A DNA stretch of 64,000 bases from an uncultured Acidobacteriota bacterium (lineage in GTDB: Bacteria > Acidobacteriota > Thermoanaerobaculia > UBA5066 > Gp7-AA6). The notes beneath the pieces were generated by a model. It did no database searches. It was not told the DNA's origin and saw only the letters and a program-made list of their open reading frames with translations. Numbering within the stretch: position 1 is the stretch's first letter; the number at the start of each line of letters is the position of its first letter. The stretch is from NCBI GenBank assembly GCA_963764715.1, contig CAVXTP010000022.1, positions 544,001 through 608,000 of the forward strand, given 5' to 3'. Of this stretch, positions 36,989-46,670 are shown in pieces. The position numbers and the translations under genes are program-made.

Positions 36989-38422
36989 TCATACCGAAGC
37001 CCGCGACCGGACCGCCTTCGGCATGAGGAAATACCCGGCGACGATCGTCACGAGCGTCAGGGCGCCGAGGATGATGGCCTCTTTCAAAGGATCCTGGCTC
37101 GTCGGCGACGGCACGAAGAAGAGAACGCACGCACCGAAGATGTAGAGCGTGCAGAGCCACGCCGCCGCGGCCGCCGCGACGCGTCCGCCCGGCACGCGGT
37201 AGGGGCGCGGCTGGTTGGGCCGGGTTCGGCGCAGGACGAGAAAGGCCGGGAAAACCAGGAGATAGCAGAGGAGCAGGCAGAGCGCCGTCACGCGGAACGT
37301 CATCCAGAATATGTTCGACTGGCTGTTCGAGAGGAGCGCACCCCCCACGAGAAGGCCGGTCGACACGACACCCATCGCGACGAACGCGAGATGCGGCGTC
37401 TTGAAGCGCGGGTGGAGCCGGCCGAGCACCGCCGGGAGCATCCCCTCCTCGGCCGCGACGGCGGCCACACGGTTGGCCCCCAGGCTCCACGTCACGACGT
37501 TGGCGACGCAGGCGTACAGGAACCCGATTCCGAGACAGAACACCGCCAGGTCGCCCGCGCGGCCCCACTGCTTCCCGAGGATGACGAGCGCGTCCCAGGT
37601 CCCGGTGACGATCGAGAGCTTTCCCGCCGGGACTGCGAAGAGGATTCCGCCGATCGCGAAGGAGTAGAGGATCGCGATCAGCGCTCCCGACCAGAGAATG
37701 ACGCTCGGCACGTCGCGTTTTGGGTGGCGCATCTCGCCCCCCGCGGAGCTCATGAGCTCGAAGCCGAAAGTCGAGTAAAGGAGGGCCGGAAGATACGCGA
37801 CGCTATCGTTCCACTTCGGCACCAGGCTCGACAGCGAGAATTCGTTGGCCGGCGGCTTGCCCCCGAAGAGCGCCGAGAGCCCCAGGACGCCGAGCCCGAG
37901 GAAGATGAGGGCCTTGACGACCGCGCCGAGGTTCGGCAGCCACTTCGAGACCTCGAGCCGGACGATCCCCACGAGGACCGTCAGCCAGGTCAGAACGATC
38001 GCGATTCCGGCCTCCTGCCAGGTCGAGTGGGTCTTCAGGAAGATCTGGCCGAACGTCCCGGCGAAGATCAGATAGACCGAGGGGGCCCAGGTCGCGTTGT
38101 TGATCCAGTACATCCAGGCGGCCATGGAGCCCCACTTCGGCCCGAACGCCTCGCGAACCCAGACGTAGACGCCGCCCTCCCCCGGCCAGGCCGAGCCCAG
38201 CTCGGCCGTGATCAGGCCGTACGGGATGAAGAAGACCGTCATCGTGATGACCCACCAGGAGAACCACGAGTAGCCCATCGCGGCCGAGGAGGCGAGGGTG
38301 TCGATCGTGAGGATCGCGCAGACGGTGAAGAGGACGAGGTCGGTCCGGCCCAGGACGCGCTCCAGGGCCGGCAGGGCCGTCCCCGGGATCGTCTCAGTAT
38401 GCCCGCCGGTCATATTGGTCAC
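36989..38422 (-). CDS. APC-family amino acid/polyamine permease
   Basis: Multiple TM segments; FFIPYGLITAELGSAWPGEGGVYVWV, GFEL, RPYRVPGG. Confidence 0.88.
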   Translation of the reverse strand: MTNMTGGHTETIPGTALPALERVLGRTDLVLFTVCAILTIDTLASSAAMGYSWFSWWVITMTVFFIPYGLITAELGSAWPGEGGVYVWVREAFGPKWGSMAAWMYWINNATWAPSVYLIFAGTFGQIFLKTHSTWQEAGIAIVLTWLTVLVGIVRLEVSKWLPNLGAVVKALIFLGLGVLGLSALFGGKPPANEFSLSSLVPKWNDSVAYLPALLYSTFGFELMSSAGGEMRHPKRDVPSVILWSGALIAILYSFAIGGILFAVPAGKLSIVTGTWDALVILGKQWGRAGDLAVFCLGIGFLYACVANVVTWSLGANRVAAVAAEEGMLPAVLGRLHPRFKTPHLAFVAMGVVSTGLLVGGALLSNSQSNIFWMTFRVTALCLLLCYLLVFPAFLVLRRTRPNQPRPYRVPGGRVAAAAAAWLCTLYIFGACVLFFVPSPTSQDPLKEAIILGALTLVTIVAGYFLMPKAVRSRASV

Positions 38423-38549
38423 GCAATCCTATCCTCGCAAAGCGCTCCGGCACAACAACTTCCGGGCGTTCCGCGCGAGTTCCCGGGCCCGGCGGAGGGG
38501 GTTCCGCGTGATAGGCTCGGCCCTCCTTTCAGCCGGCCAGGAACTTCAC

Positions 38550-39866
38550 ATGCCCGCTTCGATTCGCCTGAAAACCGCCGTCCCCGGTCCCCGTTCCCGG
38601 GCACTCGCCGCCCGGCGGGATGCCGCGGTCCCCCGGGGGATCGGCCACTCCACCCCGGTCTACGCCGAAAGCGCCCTGGGGGCCCTCCTGACCGACGTCG
38701 ACGGCAACGTCTTCATCGACTTCGCCGGGGGTATCGGGACCCTGAATGCCGGCCACGCCAACCCGGAGGTTGTCCGGGCCGCCTCGGAGCAGCTCTCGCG
38801 GATGACGCACACCTGCTTCTCGGTCGCCCCCTACGAGGGCTACGTCGCCCTGGCCGAGACCCTCAACCGGATCACGCCGGGCCGCCACGCCAAGAAGACC
38901 ATGCTCGCCAACAGCGGCGCCGAGGCCCTCGAGAACGCCGTGAAGATCGCCCGGCACGCGACCGGGCGAGATGCGGTCGTCGTCTTCGAGCACGCCTTCC
39001 ACGGACGCACGCTCCTGACGATGAGCATGACGTCGAAAGTCCGGCCCTACAAGTTCGGCTTCGGGCCCTTCGCCGCCGAGATCTACCGGCTGCCCTTCCC
39101 CTACGAATACCGCGGCCACTACGCCGGCCCGGCCGCCGCCGCGGCCGAGCTCGAGGAGTTCTTCAAGACCCAGGTCGCCGCCGAGAAAGTCGCCTGTATC
39201 GTCGTCGAGCTCGTGCTCGGCGAGGGCGGCTTCATCGTCGCGCCGCTCGACTGGGTGAATCTCCTCATCCGGTTCTGCCGCGACCACGGGATCCTGCTCG
39301 TCGTCGACGAGGTCCAGACCGGCTTCGGACGGACCGGGCGGATGTTCGCGTCCGAGCACTACGACCTCGAACCCGACATCATGACGATGGCCAAGTCGCT
39401 CGGGGGCGGGCTGCCGATCTCCGCGATCACCGGCCGCGCCGAGATCATGGACAGCGCGCAGGTCGGCGGCCTCGGCGGCACCTACACCGGCAACCCTGTC
39501 GCCTGCGCCGCGGCCCTGGCGGCCATCGGATCGATCGAGCGGCACCGCCTCCCCGAGCGGGCGAGCGCCATCGGGACCGAGGTCGAGAGGCGTTTCCGCG
39601 GTTTCCTCGACCGCTTTCCCTTCGTCGGCGACGAACGGGGTCTCGGCGCGATGCGCGCCCTCGAGCTCGTCAAGCACCGCGACACGAAGGAGCCCGACAA
39701 GGAGCGCACCGACCGCGTGATCCGGAAGGCGTACGAGACGGGACTCCTCCTCGTGGGGGCCGGGACCTACGGCAACGTCATCCGCACGCTCATGCCCCTC
39801 GTCATCACCGACGGCGAGCTCACGGAAGGCCTGGATGTTCTCGAGAATGCGCTCGCCGAAGCCTGA
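38550..39866 (+). CDS. gabT: 4-aminobutyrate aminotransferase
   Basis: DFAGGIG, NSGAEALENAVKIAR, FHGRT..MTSKVRPYKFGFGP, DEVQTGFGRTG, GGLGGTY.GNP. Confidence 0.92.
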   Translation: MPASIRLKTAVPGPRSRALAARRDAAVPRGIGHSTPVYAESALGALLTDVDGNVFIDFAGGIGTLNAGHANPEVVRAASEQLSRMTHTCFSVAPYEGYVALAETLNRITPGRHAKKTMLANSGAEALENAVKIARHATGRDAVVVFEHAFHGRTLLTMSMTSKVRPYKFGFGPFAAEIYRLPFPYEYRGHYAGPAAAAAELEEFFKTQVAAEKVACIVVELVLGEGGFIVAPLDWVNLLIRFCRDHGILLVVDEVQTGFGRTGRMFASEHYDLEPDIMTMAKSLGGGLPISAITGRAEIMDSAQVGGLGGTYTGNPVACAAALAAIGSIERHRLPERASAIGTEVERRFRGFLDRFPFVGDERGLGAMRALELVKHRDTKEPDKERTDRVIRKAYETGLLLVGAGTYGNVIRTLMPLVITDGELTEGLDVLENALAEA

Positions 39867-39885
39867 GGACTCTCGGGCCCTGGTA

Positions 39886-40001
39886 CGTAGGGGCGGGGCT
39901 CGTCCCCGCCCTCGCGCGGCCGCGGTCCGTCCACCAGAGTCCGGCCCCTGGCAGAAGGAGGCGCCGTCCGCAGGACGGCGACAACCCAGGGCCGCCCCGA
40001 C
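39886..40001. repeat. GTAG-type REP-like palindrome with degenerate inverted partner (REPIN-like)
   Basis: CGTAGGGGCGGGGCTCGTCCCCGCCCTC (39886-39913); degenerate reverse copy AGGACGGC..AGGGCCGCCCCGAC (39972-40001). Confidence 0.72.
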
Positions 40002-40107
40002 AACCGGGGGCCGGACTCGCAGGCACCTCTTCTGCGTCGGGGACTCTTAGCGGCCGTCCCCCAGCGGCTCACGGAATCTTGGATCCGCACCACGAACGGG
40101 GACGCAC

Positions 40108-41478
40108 ATGAATACGCAGGAGCTCATCCGGGAATCCCAGCGGTGGCTCGACATCATCTCGGCGCCCACCTTGACGGCCGAGCAGAAGGAAGCGATCCAG
40201 AAGGACACGGTCGACAACTTTCAGTTCTATTACAACCGCGGCTACCTCGAGTACCGCAAGTCCGTCGTCGAGATGCGCGAAGACCCCGCGCTCGAATGGG
40301 TCGGCGAGGGCTCGACGTTCGAGGACCTCTCGGGCCGCACCTACATCGACTGCCTCGGCGGTTACGGCATCTACAGCGCCGGCATCCGGCACCCCAAGGT
40401 CGTCCGGGCCGTCGCGGACCAGCTCCAGCGGATGCCGCTTTCGAGCCAGGAGTTGCTGGATCCCTTGCGCGGGGCGCTCGCGGAGCTTCTCGGCGAGATC
40501 ACGCCGGGAGACCTCCAGTACTCCTTCTTCATCAACAACGGGACCGACGCGGTCGAGGGGGCGATCAAGCTTGCCCGGGTCTATACCGGCAAGACGAACT
40601 TCATCAGCTCGCTCCGCGGCTTCCACGGCAAGAGCTGCGGTTCGCTGTCGCTGCTCGGTCGCTGGGAGTACCGCGAGCCGTTCCTGCCGCTCCTGCCCGG
40701 AATCCACTTCGTCGAGTTCGGCGACGCCGAGGCGGTCGAGGACGAGCTCTACAAGGCCGACCAGACCGGCAAGGGCATCGCGGCCGTCATCATGGAGCCC
40801 ATCCAGGGCGAGGCCGGCGCCATCGTCCCGCCCGACGACTTCTGGCCCCGCATCCGCAAGGCCTGCGACGAGTACGGGACGCTGCTGATTGCCGACGAGG
40901 TCCAGACGGGCCTCGGCCGGACCGGGAAGCTCTTCGGCGTCGACCACTGGAAGGTCGTGCCCGACATCATGTGCCTCGGCAAGGCGCTCGGCGGCGGGGT
41001 CATGCCGCTGTCGGCCTTCATCTCGACGCCCAAGATCTGGGGCGTCCTCGAGAAGAACCCGTTCATTCATTCGTCGACGTTCGGCGGCAACCCGCTCGCC
41101 TGCGCGGCCGGCATCGCCGCCATCAACGTGACCCTCGAGGAAGACCTGTCGGGCCAGGCGGCCCGCAAGGGGAAGTACCTCCTGGCGCAACTGATCCGCC
41201 TGAAGATGCGCTTTGACCGCCTGCTCCACCGCGTGGGCGGCCGGGGGCTTCTGCTCGGGCTCGAGTTCATGAACACCGAGATCGGCTACAAGGTCGTGGC
41301 CGGTCTCTTCCGGCGCGGCGTCCTCGTCGCCGGAACCCTGACGAACTCCAAGGTCGTCCGCATCGAGCCGGCCCTCAACATCCCGGACCGTTACATCAAG
41401 GACATCCTCGGCGCCCTCGAGGAAACGCTCAAGGAGGTCGACGCCGAGACGCCCGACATCAAGCCGGACGAGGAGTGA
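40108..41478 (+). CDS. patA: Putrescine aminotransferase paralog 2 (class III)
   Basis: GYLEYRKSV, DCLGGYGIY, SQELLDPLR, FHGKSCGSL, EPIQGEAG, NPFIHSSTFGGNP. Confidence 0.82.
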   Translation: MNTQELIRESQRWLDIISAPTLTAEQKEAIQKDTVDNFQFYYNRGYLEYRKSVVEMREDPALEWVGEGSTFEDLSGRTYIDCLGGYGIYSAGIRHPKVVRAVADQLQRMPLSSQELLDPLRGALAELLGEITPGDLQYSFFINNGTDAVEGAIKLARVYTGKTNFISSLRGFHGKSCGSLSLLGRWEYREPFLPLLPGIHFVEFGDAEAVEDELYKADQTGKGIAAVIMEPIQGEAGAIVPPDDFWPRIRKACDEYGTLLIADEVQTGLGRTGKLFGVDHWKVVPDIMCLGKALGGGVMPLSAFISTPKIWGVLEKNPFIHSSTFGGNPLACAAGIAAINVTLEEDLSGQAARKGKYLLAQLIRLKMRFDRLLHRVGGRGLLLGLEFMNTEIGYKVVAGLFRRGVLVAGTLTNSKVVRIEPALNIPDRYIKDILGALEETLKEVDAETPDIKPDEE

Positions 41479-42587
41479 TGCGGATCGCGGTCCTCGGCGC
41501 CGCCGGCGCCATGGCCCAGGTCGTCGTGCGCGACCTGCTCGAGTTCGTCTCCGCCGTGGAGATCACGGCCGCCGACCGGCGGGCCGTCACCCACGCCGAC
41601 CCGCGGGTCCGCCCCGCCGTGCTCGACGCCCGGGACGAGGCCGCCACGGCCCGTCTTCTCGAGGGGCACGACGCGGTTCTGAACTGCGTCACCTACTATT
41701 TCAACCTGCCGATCATGCGGGCCGCGCTCGCGGCGCGGGTGCCGTACAGCGACCTCGGCGGCCTGTACCACGGCTCGATCCAGCAGTTCGGCCTTCACGA
41801 CGCGTTCGTCGCGGCCGGCGTGCCGGCGCTCCTCGGGATGGGCTCGACGCCCGGGATCACGAACGTGATGGCCGGCGAGCTCGCGCGCGGGCTCGACTCG
41901 GTCGAGGCCATTCACGTCCGCGTGGGATGCATCGACCGGTCGGCCTCGGGGCCGCTTCCCGTCCCCTACGCCCTCGACACCGTGCTCGACGAGTTCTCCC
42001 TCGAGCCGATGGTTTTCCGGGACGGCCGCGCCGGAGCGGTTGTTCCCATGAGCGGCCGGGAGGCGATCGAATTTCCGGAGCCGGTGGGACGCGCCGAGGC
42101 CCTCTACACGCTGCACTCCGAGGTCGCCATGTTTCCGCGCTCCTTCCCTGGCCTGCGCGAGGCGAGCTTCAAGGTCGCCTTCGAGCCCGAGTTCACGAAG
42201 AAGGTCGCCTTTCTCGTGGAGCTCGGGTTCGCTTCCCGCGAGAAAATCGGAGGGATGTCGCCGCGCGAGATGCTCCTCGAGGTCGCCGCCCGCCAATCGA
42301 TGCCTGCCGGCGACCCGCAGGACTGCGACGCCCTGCGGGTCGAGCTGACGGGCTCGCAGGGAGGACGAACGGTTCACCGCCAGGCGGAGATGGTCGTCCT
42401 CCCCCACCCCGACTGGAAGGTTGCGGCCGGCTCGCTCGACACGGGTGTCCCGCTCTCGATCGCCGGACAGCTCCTCGCCGCGAAAACGATCCGCACGCCG
42501 GGCGTGCTCTGCCCCGAGACGGCCGTGCCGACCGAGCTCTTCTTCGAGATGCTCGCCCGGCGCCACATGCGCGCGCAGTTCCGCTAG
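41478..42587 (+). CDS. Saccharopine-dehydrogenase-like NAD(P)-dependent oxidoreductase
   Basis: IAVLGAAGAMA Rossmann motif; PYSDLGG, LGMGSTPGITNV, LDEF, LHSEV; overlaps the patA2 stop. Confidence 0.82.
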   Translation: MRIAVLGAAGAMAQVVVRDLLEFVSAVEITAADRRAVTHADPRVRPAVLDARDEAATARLLEGHDAVLNCVTYYFNLPIMRAALAARVPYSDLGGLYHGSIQQFGLHDAFVAAGVPALLGMGSTPGITNVMAGELARGLDSVEAIHVRVGCIDRSASGPLPVPYALDTVLDEFSLEPMVFRDGRAGAVVPMSGREAIEFPEPVGRAEALYTLHSEVAMFPRSFPGLREASFKVAFEPEFTKKVAFLVELGFASREKIGGMSPREMLLEVAARQSMPAGDPQDCDALRVELTGSQGGRTVHRQAEMVVLPHPDWKVAAGSLDTGVPLSIAGQLLAAKTIRTPGVLCPETAVPTELFFEMLARRHMRAQFR

Positions 42588-42607
42588 AGTCGAGAAAGGA
42601 AAGAGCC

Positions 42608-43972
42608 GTGGCCATCGCTTCCGTCAACCCCGCGACCGGAAAGACCCTCAAGGCGTTCGAGCCCCACTCCGAGGCCGAGATCGAGCGCCGGGTCGCGCTC
42701 GCGGCGGAGGAGTTCGTCCGCTGGCGGCGCCGTCCCTGGGCCGAGCGCGCCTCCCGGATGGCGAAGGCCGGGGACGTGCTCGACGCCCGGAAGGCCGAGT
42801 GGGGGCGCCGAATGACGCTCGAGATGGGCAAGCCGATCGCCGCCGGCGTGGCCGAGGCCGAGAAGTGCGCCTGGGTCTGCCGCTTTTACGCCGAGAACGC
42901 GGAGCGCTTCCTGGCCGACGAGCCGGTCGAAACCGACGCCCGCCGCAGCTTCGTCCGCTACGACTCTCTCGGGCCCGTCCTCGCCGTGATGCCCTGGAAT
43001 TTCCCGTTCTGGCAGGTCTTCCGTTTCGCCGCGCCGGCGCTGATGGCCGGCAACGTCGGCCTCCTCAAGCACGCGTCGAACGTCCCCGACTGCGCGCTCG
43101 GGATCGAGGAGATTTTCCGGGAGGCGGGGTTCCCCGAGGGCGCGTTCCAGACGCTCCTCGTCGGGCCGGACCGCGTGGCGCGGCTCATCGACGATCCCCG
43201 CATCGCGGCCGTGACGCTGACGGGAAGCGAGGGCGCGGGCGTGTCCGTCGGCCGGAGCGCGGGCGCCCAGATCAAGAAGGCCGTGCTGGAGCTCGGCGGG
43301 AGCGACCCCTTCATCGTCATGCCGAGCGCGGACCTCGAAGCCGCGGCCTCGACCGCCGTCAAGGCGCGGACGATCAACAACGGCCAGTCCTGCATCGCGG
43401 CCAAGCGCTTCATCGTCCACCGGGACGTGGCCGACGCCTTCGAGAAGCGCTTCGTCGAGAAGATGCGGGCGTTGAAGGTCGGCGACCCGATGGATCCCTC
43501 GGTCGAGGTCGGCCCGCTCGCCACGCCCGCGATCCGCGACGAGGTCGACGGCCTCGTCCGCCGCACGGTCGCCGCGGGCGCGCGTGTGCTCCTCGGCGGA
43601 AAGCCCGCGGAGGGGCCCGGGAACTTCTATCCGCCGACGGTCCTCGCCGACGTTCCGGCCGGCAGCCCCGCCGACGTCGAGGAGATCTTCGGCCCCGTCG
43701 CGAGCCTCTTCCGCGTCAAGGACATCGGCGAGGCCATCGCCGTCGCCAACCGCACCCGCTTCGGCCTCGGCTCTTCGGCCTGGACGAACGAGCCCGCCGA
43801 GCGCGACCGCTTCGAGCGCGATCTCGAGGCCGGCGCCGTCTTCATCAACGGCATGGTCAAGAGCGACCCGAGGCTGCCGTTCGGCGGAGTGAAGAAGTCC
43901 GGCTTTGGCCGCGAGCTCGCGGAGCACGGCATCCGCGAGTTCGTCAACGTCAAGACGATCTGGGAGGCATGA
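42608..43972 (+). CDS. NAD(P)-dependent succinate-semialdehyde dehydrogenase (Sad/GabD1 type)
   Basis: IASVNPATG, VMPWNFPFWQVFRF, LELGGSDP, NNGQSCIAAKR, EEIFGPV. Confidence 0.88.
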   Translation: MAIASVNPATGKTLKAFEPHSEAEIERRVALAAEEFVRWRRRPWAERASRMAKAGDVLDARKAEWGRRMTLEMGKPIAAGVAEAEKCAWVCRFYAENAERFLADEPVETDARRSFVRYDSLGPVLAVMPWNFPFWQVFRFAAPALMAGNVGLLKHASNVPDCALGIEEIFREAGFPEGAFQTLLVGPDRVARLIDDPRIAAVTLTGSEGAGVSVGRSAGAQIKKAVLELGGSDPFIVMPSADLEAAASTAVKARTINNGQSCIAAKRFIVHRDVADAFEKRFVEKMRALKVGDPMDPSVEVGPLATPAIRDEVDGLVRRTVAAGARVLLGGKPAEGPGNFYPPTVLADVPAGSPADVEEIFGPVASLFRVKDIGEAIAVANRTRFGLGSSAWTNEPAERDRFERDLEAGAVFINGMVKSDPRLPFGGVKKSGFGRELAEHGIREFVNVKTIWEA

Positions 43973-43973
43973 G

Positions 43974-44054
43974 GAGGGCGGGGACGAGCCCCGCCCCTAC
44001 GCCGGAGCGGCGAATCCGCTACGGCAGAGTAGGGGCGGCCCTCGCAGCCGCCCT
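43974..44054. repeat. REP-like doublet between convergent genes
   Basis: 43974-44001 is the exact reverse complement of 39886-39913; spacer hairpin; then GTAGGGGCGGCCCTCGCAGCCGCCCT (44029-44054). Confidence 0.8.
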
Positions 44055-44060
44055 CCCCCC

Positions 44061-45521
44061 CTAGCTCGGCAGGAAGCTCGCCCCCACGGTCTGCGCGATC
44101 CGCGCCATGACGTGCTTGACCTGCGTGTAGTCCTCGATCGCGTACATCGACATGTCCTTGCCGTAGCCCGACTGCTTGTAGCCGCCGTGCGGCATCTCGG
44201 AGACGAGCGGCAGGTGATCGTTGATCCAGACCGTCCCGAAGCGCAGCTTGCGCGCCGCGTTCAGGGCGCGGTTGACGTTCGTCGTCCAGACGGAGGCCGA
44301 GAGGCCGTAGTCGACGTCGTTGGCCCAGGCGATCGCCTCCTCGTCGTCCTTGAAGCGCGTCACGGTGATCACCGGACCGAACACTTCCTTCTTCACGATC
44401 TCGTCGGTCTGCTTCGCGTCGGCCACGACCGTCGGCTCGAACCAGAAACCCTTTCCCTTGCGTGCCTTTCCTCCGGTCAGGACCTTGACGTGGCCCTTCG
44501 ACGTGGCGCGGTCGAGGAACCCGGCAACGCGCTTGCGGTGCTCGGCCGAGATGACCGGCCCCATGTTCGTGTCTTCCTTCTGGATGTCGCCGACGACGAT
44601 CGACTCGACGGCGGGAACGAGCGCGGACAGCAGCTTGTCGTAGATGCGCCCGCTCGCGTAAAGCCGCGTCGCGGCGGTGCAGTCCTGGCCGCTGTTGGCG
44701 AAGCCCGCCATCTTGATCCCCGGGATGACGAGGTCCATGTCGGCGTCGTCGAAGATCAGGACGGGCGCCTTGCCGCCGAGCTCGAGGTGGACCTTCTTCA
44801 GCGTCGCGGCGGCGGCTTTCGCGACTTCCTTGCCCGTCGCGACGTCTCCCGTCAGTGACACCATGTTGACGCGCGGGTGCTTGACCAGGGGCGCGCCGAC
44901 GGGCTCTCCATGGCCGGTGATGACATTGAAGACGCCGGGCGGGAAGACGTCGCCGGCGAGCTCCGCCAGTCGCAGCGTCGTCAGCGGCGTCTGCTCCGAG
45001 GGCTTGAGGACGACCGTGTTCCCGGCCGCCAGCGCGGGTCCGATCTTCCAGATCGCCATCATGAGCGGGTAGTTCCAGGGCGCGATCGATCCCACGACGC
45101 CGACCGGCTCCCGCCGGATCATGCTCGTGTAGCCGGCGAGGTACTCCCCGGCCGCCTTGCCCTCGAGGCACCGGCAGGCGCCCGCGAAGAACCGGAGGTT
45201 GTCCACCATGAACGGGACCTCGCTCTTCGCGAGCCCGATCGGCTTGCCGACGTTGTCGGCCTCGAGCGCCGCGAGCTCGTCGGCGTTCTTCTCGATGACG
45301 TCGGCGAGCTTGAGGAGCATGAGGCTGCGTTCGCCCGGTGTGGAGTCCTGCCACTTCCCGAACGCCGCCGCGGCGGCGTCGACGGCGCGGTCCACGTCCT
45401 CGGCGTCGCACGTCGGGACTTTCGCGAGGGTCCGCTCGTCGACCGGACTGATGATCGCCTCCTCGCGCCCGCTGACGGACTTGACCATCTTCCCGTTGAC
45501 GAAGTTCTTGTAGCTCTTCAC
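44061..45521 (-). CDS. patD: Gamma-aminobutyraldehyde dehydrogenase
   Basis: RFFAGA..LEGKAAGEY..TSMIRREPVGVV..PWNYPLMMAIWK, NSGQDCTAATR, SEMPHGGYKQSGYGKDMS. Confidence 0.9.
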   Translation of the reverse strand: MKSYKNFVNGKMVKSVSGREEAIISPVDERTLAKVPTCDAEDVDRAVDAAAAAFGKWQDSTPGERSLMLLKLADVIEKNADELAALEADNVGKPIGLAKSEVPFMVDNLRFFAGACRCLEGKAAGEYLAGYTSMIRREPVGVVGSIAPWNYPLMMAIWKIGPALAAGNTVVLKPSEQTPLTTLRLAELAGDVFPPGVFNVITGHGEPVGAPLVKHPRVNMVSLTGDVATGKEVAKAAAATLKKVHLELGGKAPVLIFDDADMDLVIPGIKMAGFANSGQDCTAATRLYASGRIYDKLLSALVPAVESIVVGDIQKEDTNMGPVISAEHRKRVAGFLDRATSKGHVKVLTGGKARKGKGFWFEPTVVADAKQTDEIVKKEVFGPVITVTRFKDDEEAIAWANDVDYGLSASVWTTNVNRALNAARKLRFGTVWINDHLPLVSEMPHGGYKQSGYGKDMSMYAIEDYTQVKHVMARIAQTVGASFLPS

Positions 45522-45605
45522 CGGTTGCTCCTTTCGCGGGTTCCTATCCTAGCAACGACTTGCCGAGAACCGTTCTCCGCTCCCGTCGCGCGCGTCGAGC
45601 GCGCC

Positions 45606-46670
45606 TCAGAGCGACTTGATCTCCGTCCAGTACTCGTCCATCACTTCGGTGGCCTCGCCGATGTCCCGGACGAACTCGCAGCGCCCGAGGGCCGAGGCCG
45701 GCGGGTAAATGGCGGCGTCCTCGAGGATCTCCGGCCGGATGAAGCGGCGCGCCGGGACGTTGGCGCTCGCATAGCTGATGCCGTTGACGATGCGCGCCTC
45801 GACCTCGGGCTCCAGGATGTAGTCGAGGAAGGCGTAGATCGACTCGACGTTGCGGGCCCGGGCCGGGATGCAGACGCTGTCCATCCAGAGGGTGGCGCCC
45901 TCCCTCGGGAGAACGTAGGCGAACTTCGCCGGCTCCCGCGCGACGAGCTTGGCGAGCTGGCCGTTGTAGCCGTGGGCGAAGACGACGTCGCCGGCCGCCA
46001 GGATGTTCTCGTAGTCGCCGCTGTTGTAGGTCTTGACGAGGGGCTTCTGCTTCTTCAGGAGGTCCGCGGCCTGCCGGAGGACGGCCGGCTCGGTGCTGTT
46101 GAGCGAGTGGCCGAGGTGCTTGAGGGCCGCCGCGAAGCACTCCCGCATGTCGTCGAGCATAAGGATCTGGTCCCTGTTGGCCGCATCGAAGAGGGGCGCC
46201 CAGCTATCCTCGGATCGCCCGGCGCGTGGGATGTTGTACCCGTAGCCCGTCGTGCCCCAGACGTACGGCAGCGAGTAGCGGTTGCCGGGGTCGAACTCCT
46301 GGTCGAGAAAGCGCGGGTCGAGGTTGCCGAAGTTCCGAAGCCTCCCCTTCTCGAGAGGCCGCAGAAGCTTCGAGAGGACGAGGATCCGCACCATGTAGTC
46401 CGAGGGGACGACGAGGTCGTAGTCGGCCACGCCCGACTGGAGTTTCGCCAGGACCGGCTCGTTCGAGTCGTAGAGGTCGTAGCGGACCGCGATGCCGGTT
46501 CGCCGCGTGAACTCGTCGATGACCTCCTTCGGGAGGTACTCCGACCAGATGTACAGGTTGAGCTTCTTCTCGCCGGGCCCGGGATAGGGCAGCTCGTCGC
46601 CCCCCGGGCCGCAGGCGCCTCCGGCGAGCGCCAGCGCTCCGGTCGTCAGCCACCACCGGCGCGACTTCAA
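45606..46670 (-). CDS. potD: Spermidine/putrescine ABC substrate-binding lipoprotein
   Basis: TTG start, lipobox-like GGAC; LYIWSEY, YDSNE, YDLVVPSDY, PY.WGTTG, EGATLWMD. Confidence 0.88.
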   Translation of the reverse strand: MKSRRWWLTTGALALAGGACGPGGDELPYPGPGEKKLNLYIWSEYLPKEVIDEFTRRTGIAVRYDLYDSNEPVLAKLQSGVADYDLVVPSDYMVRILVLSKLLRPLEKGRLRNFGNLDPRFLDQEFDPGNRYSLPYVWGTTGYGYNIPRAGRSEDSWAPLFDAANRDQILMLDDMRECFAAALKHLGHSLNSTEPAVLRQAADLLKKQKPLVKTYNSGDYENILAAGDVVFAHGYNGQLAKLVAREPAKFAYVLPREGATLWMDSVCIPARARNVESIYAFLDYILEPEVEARIVNGISYASANVPARRFIRPEILEDAAIYPPASALGRCEFVRDIGEATEVMDEYWTEIKSL

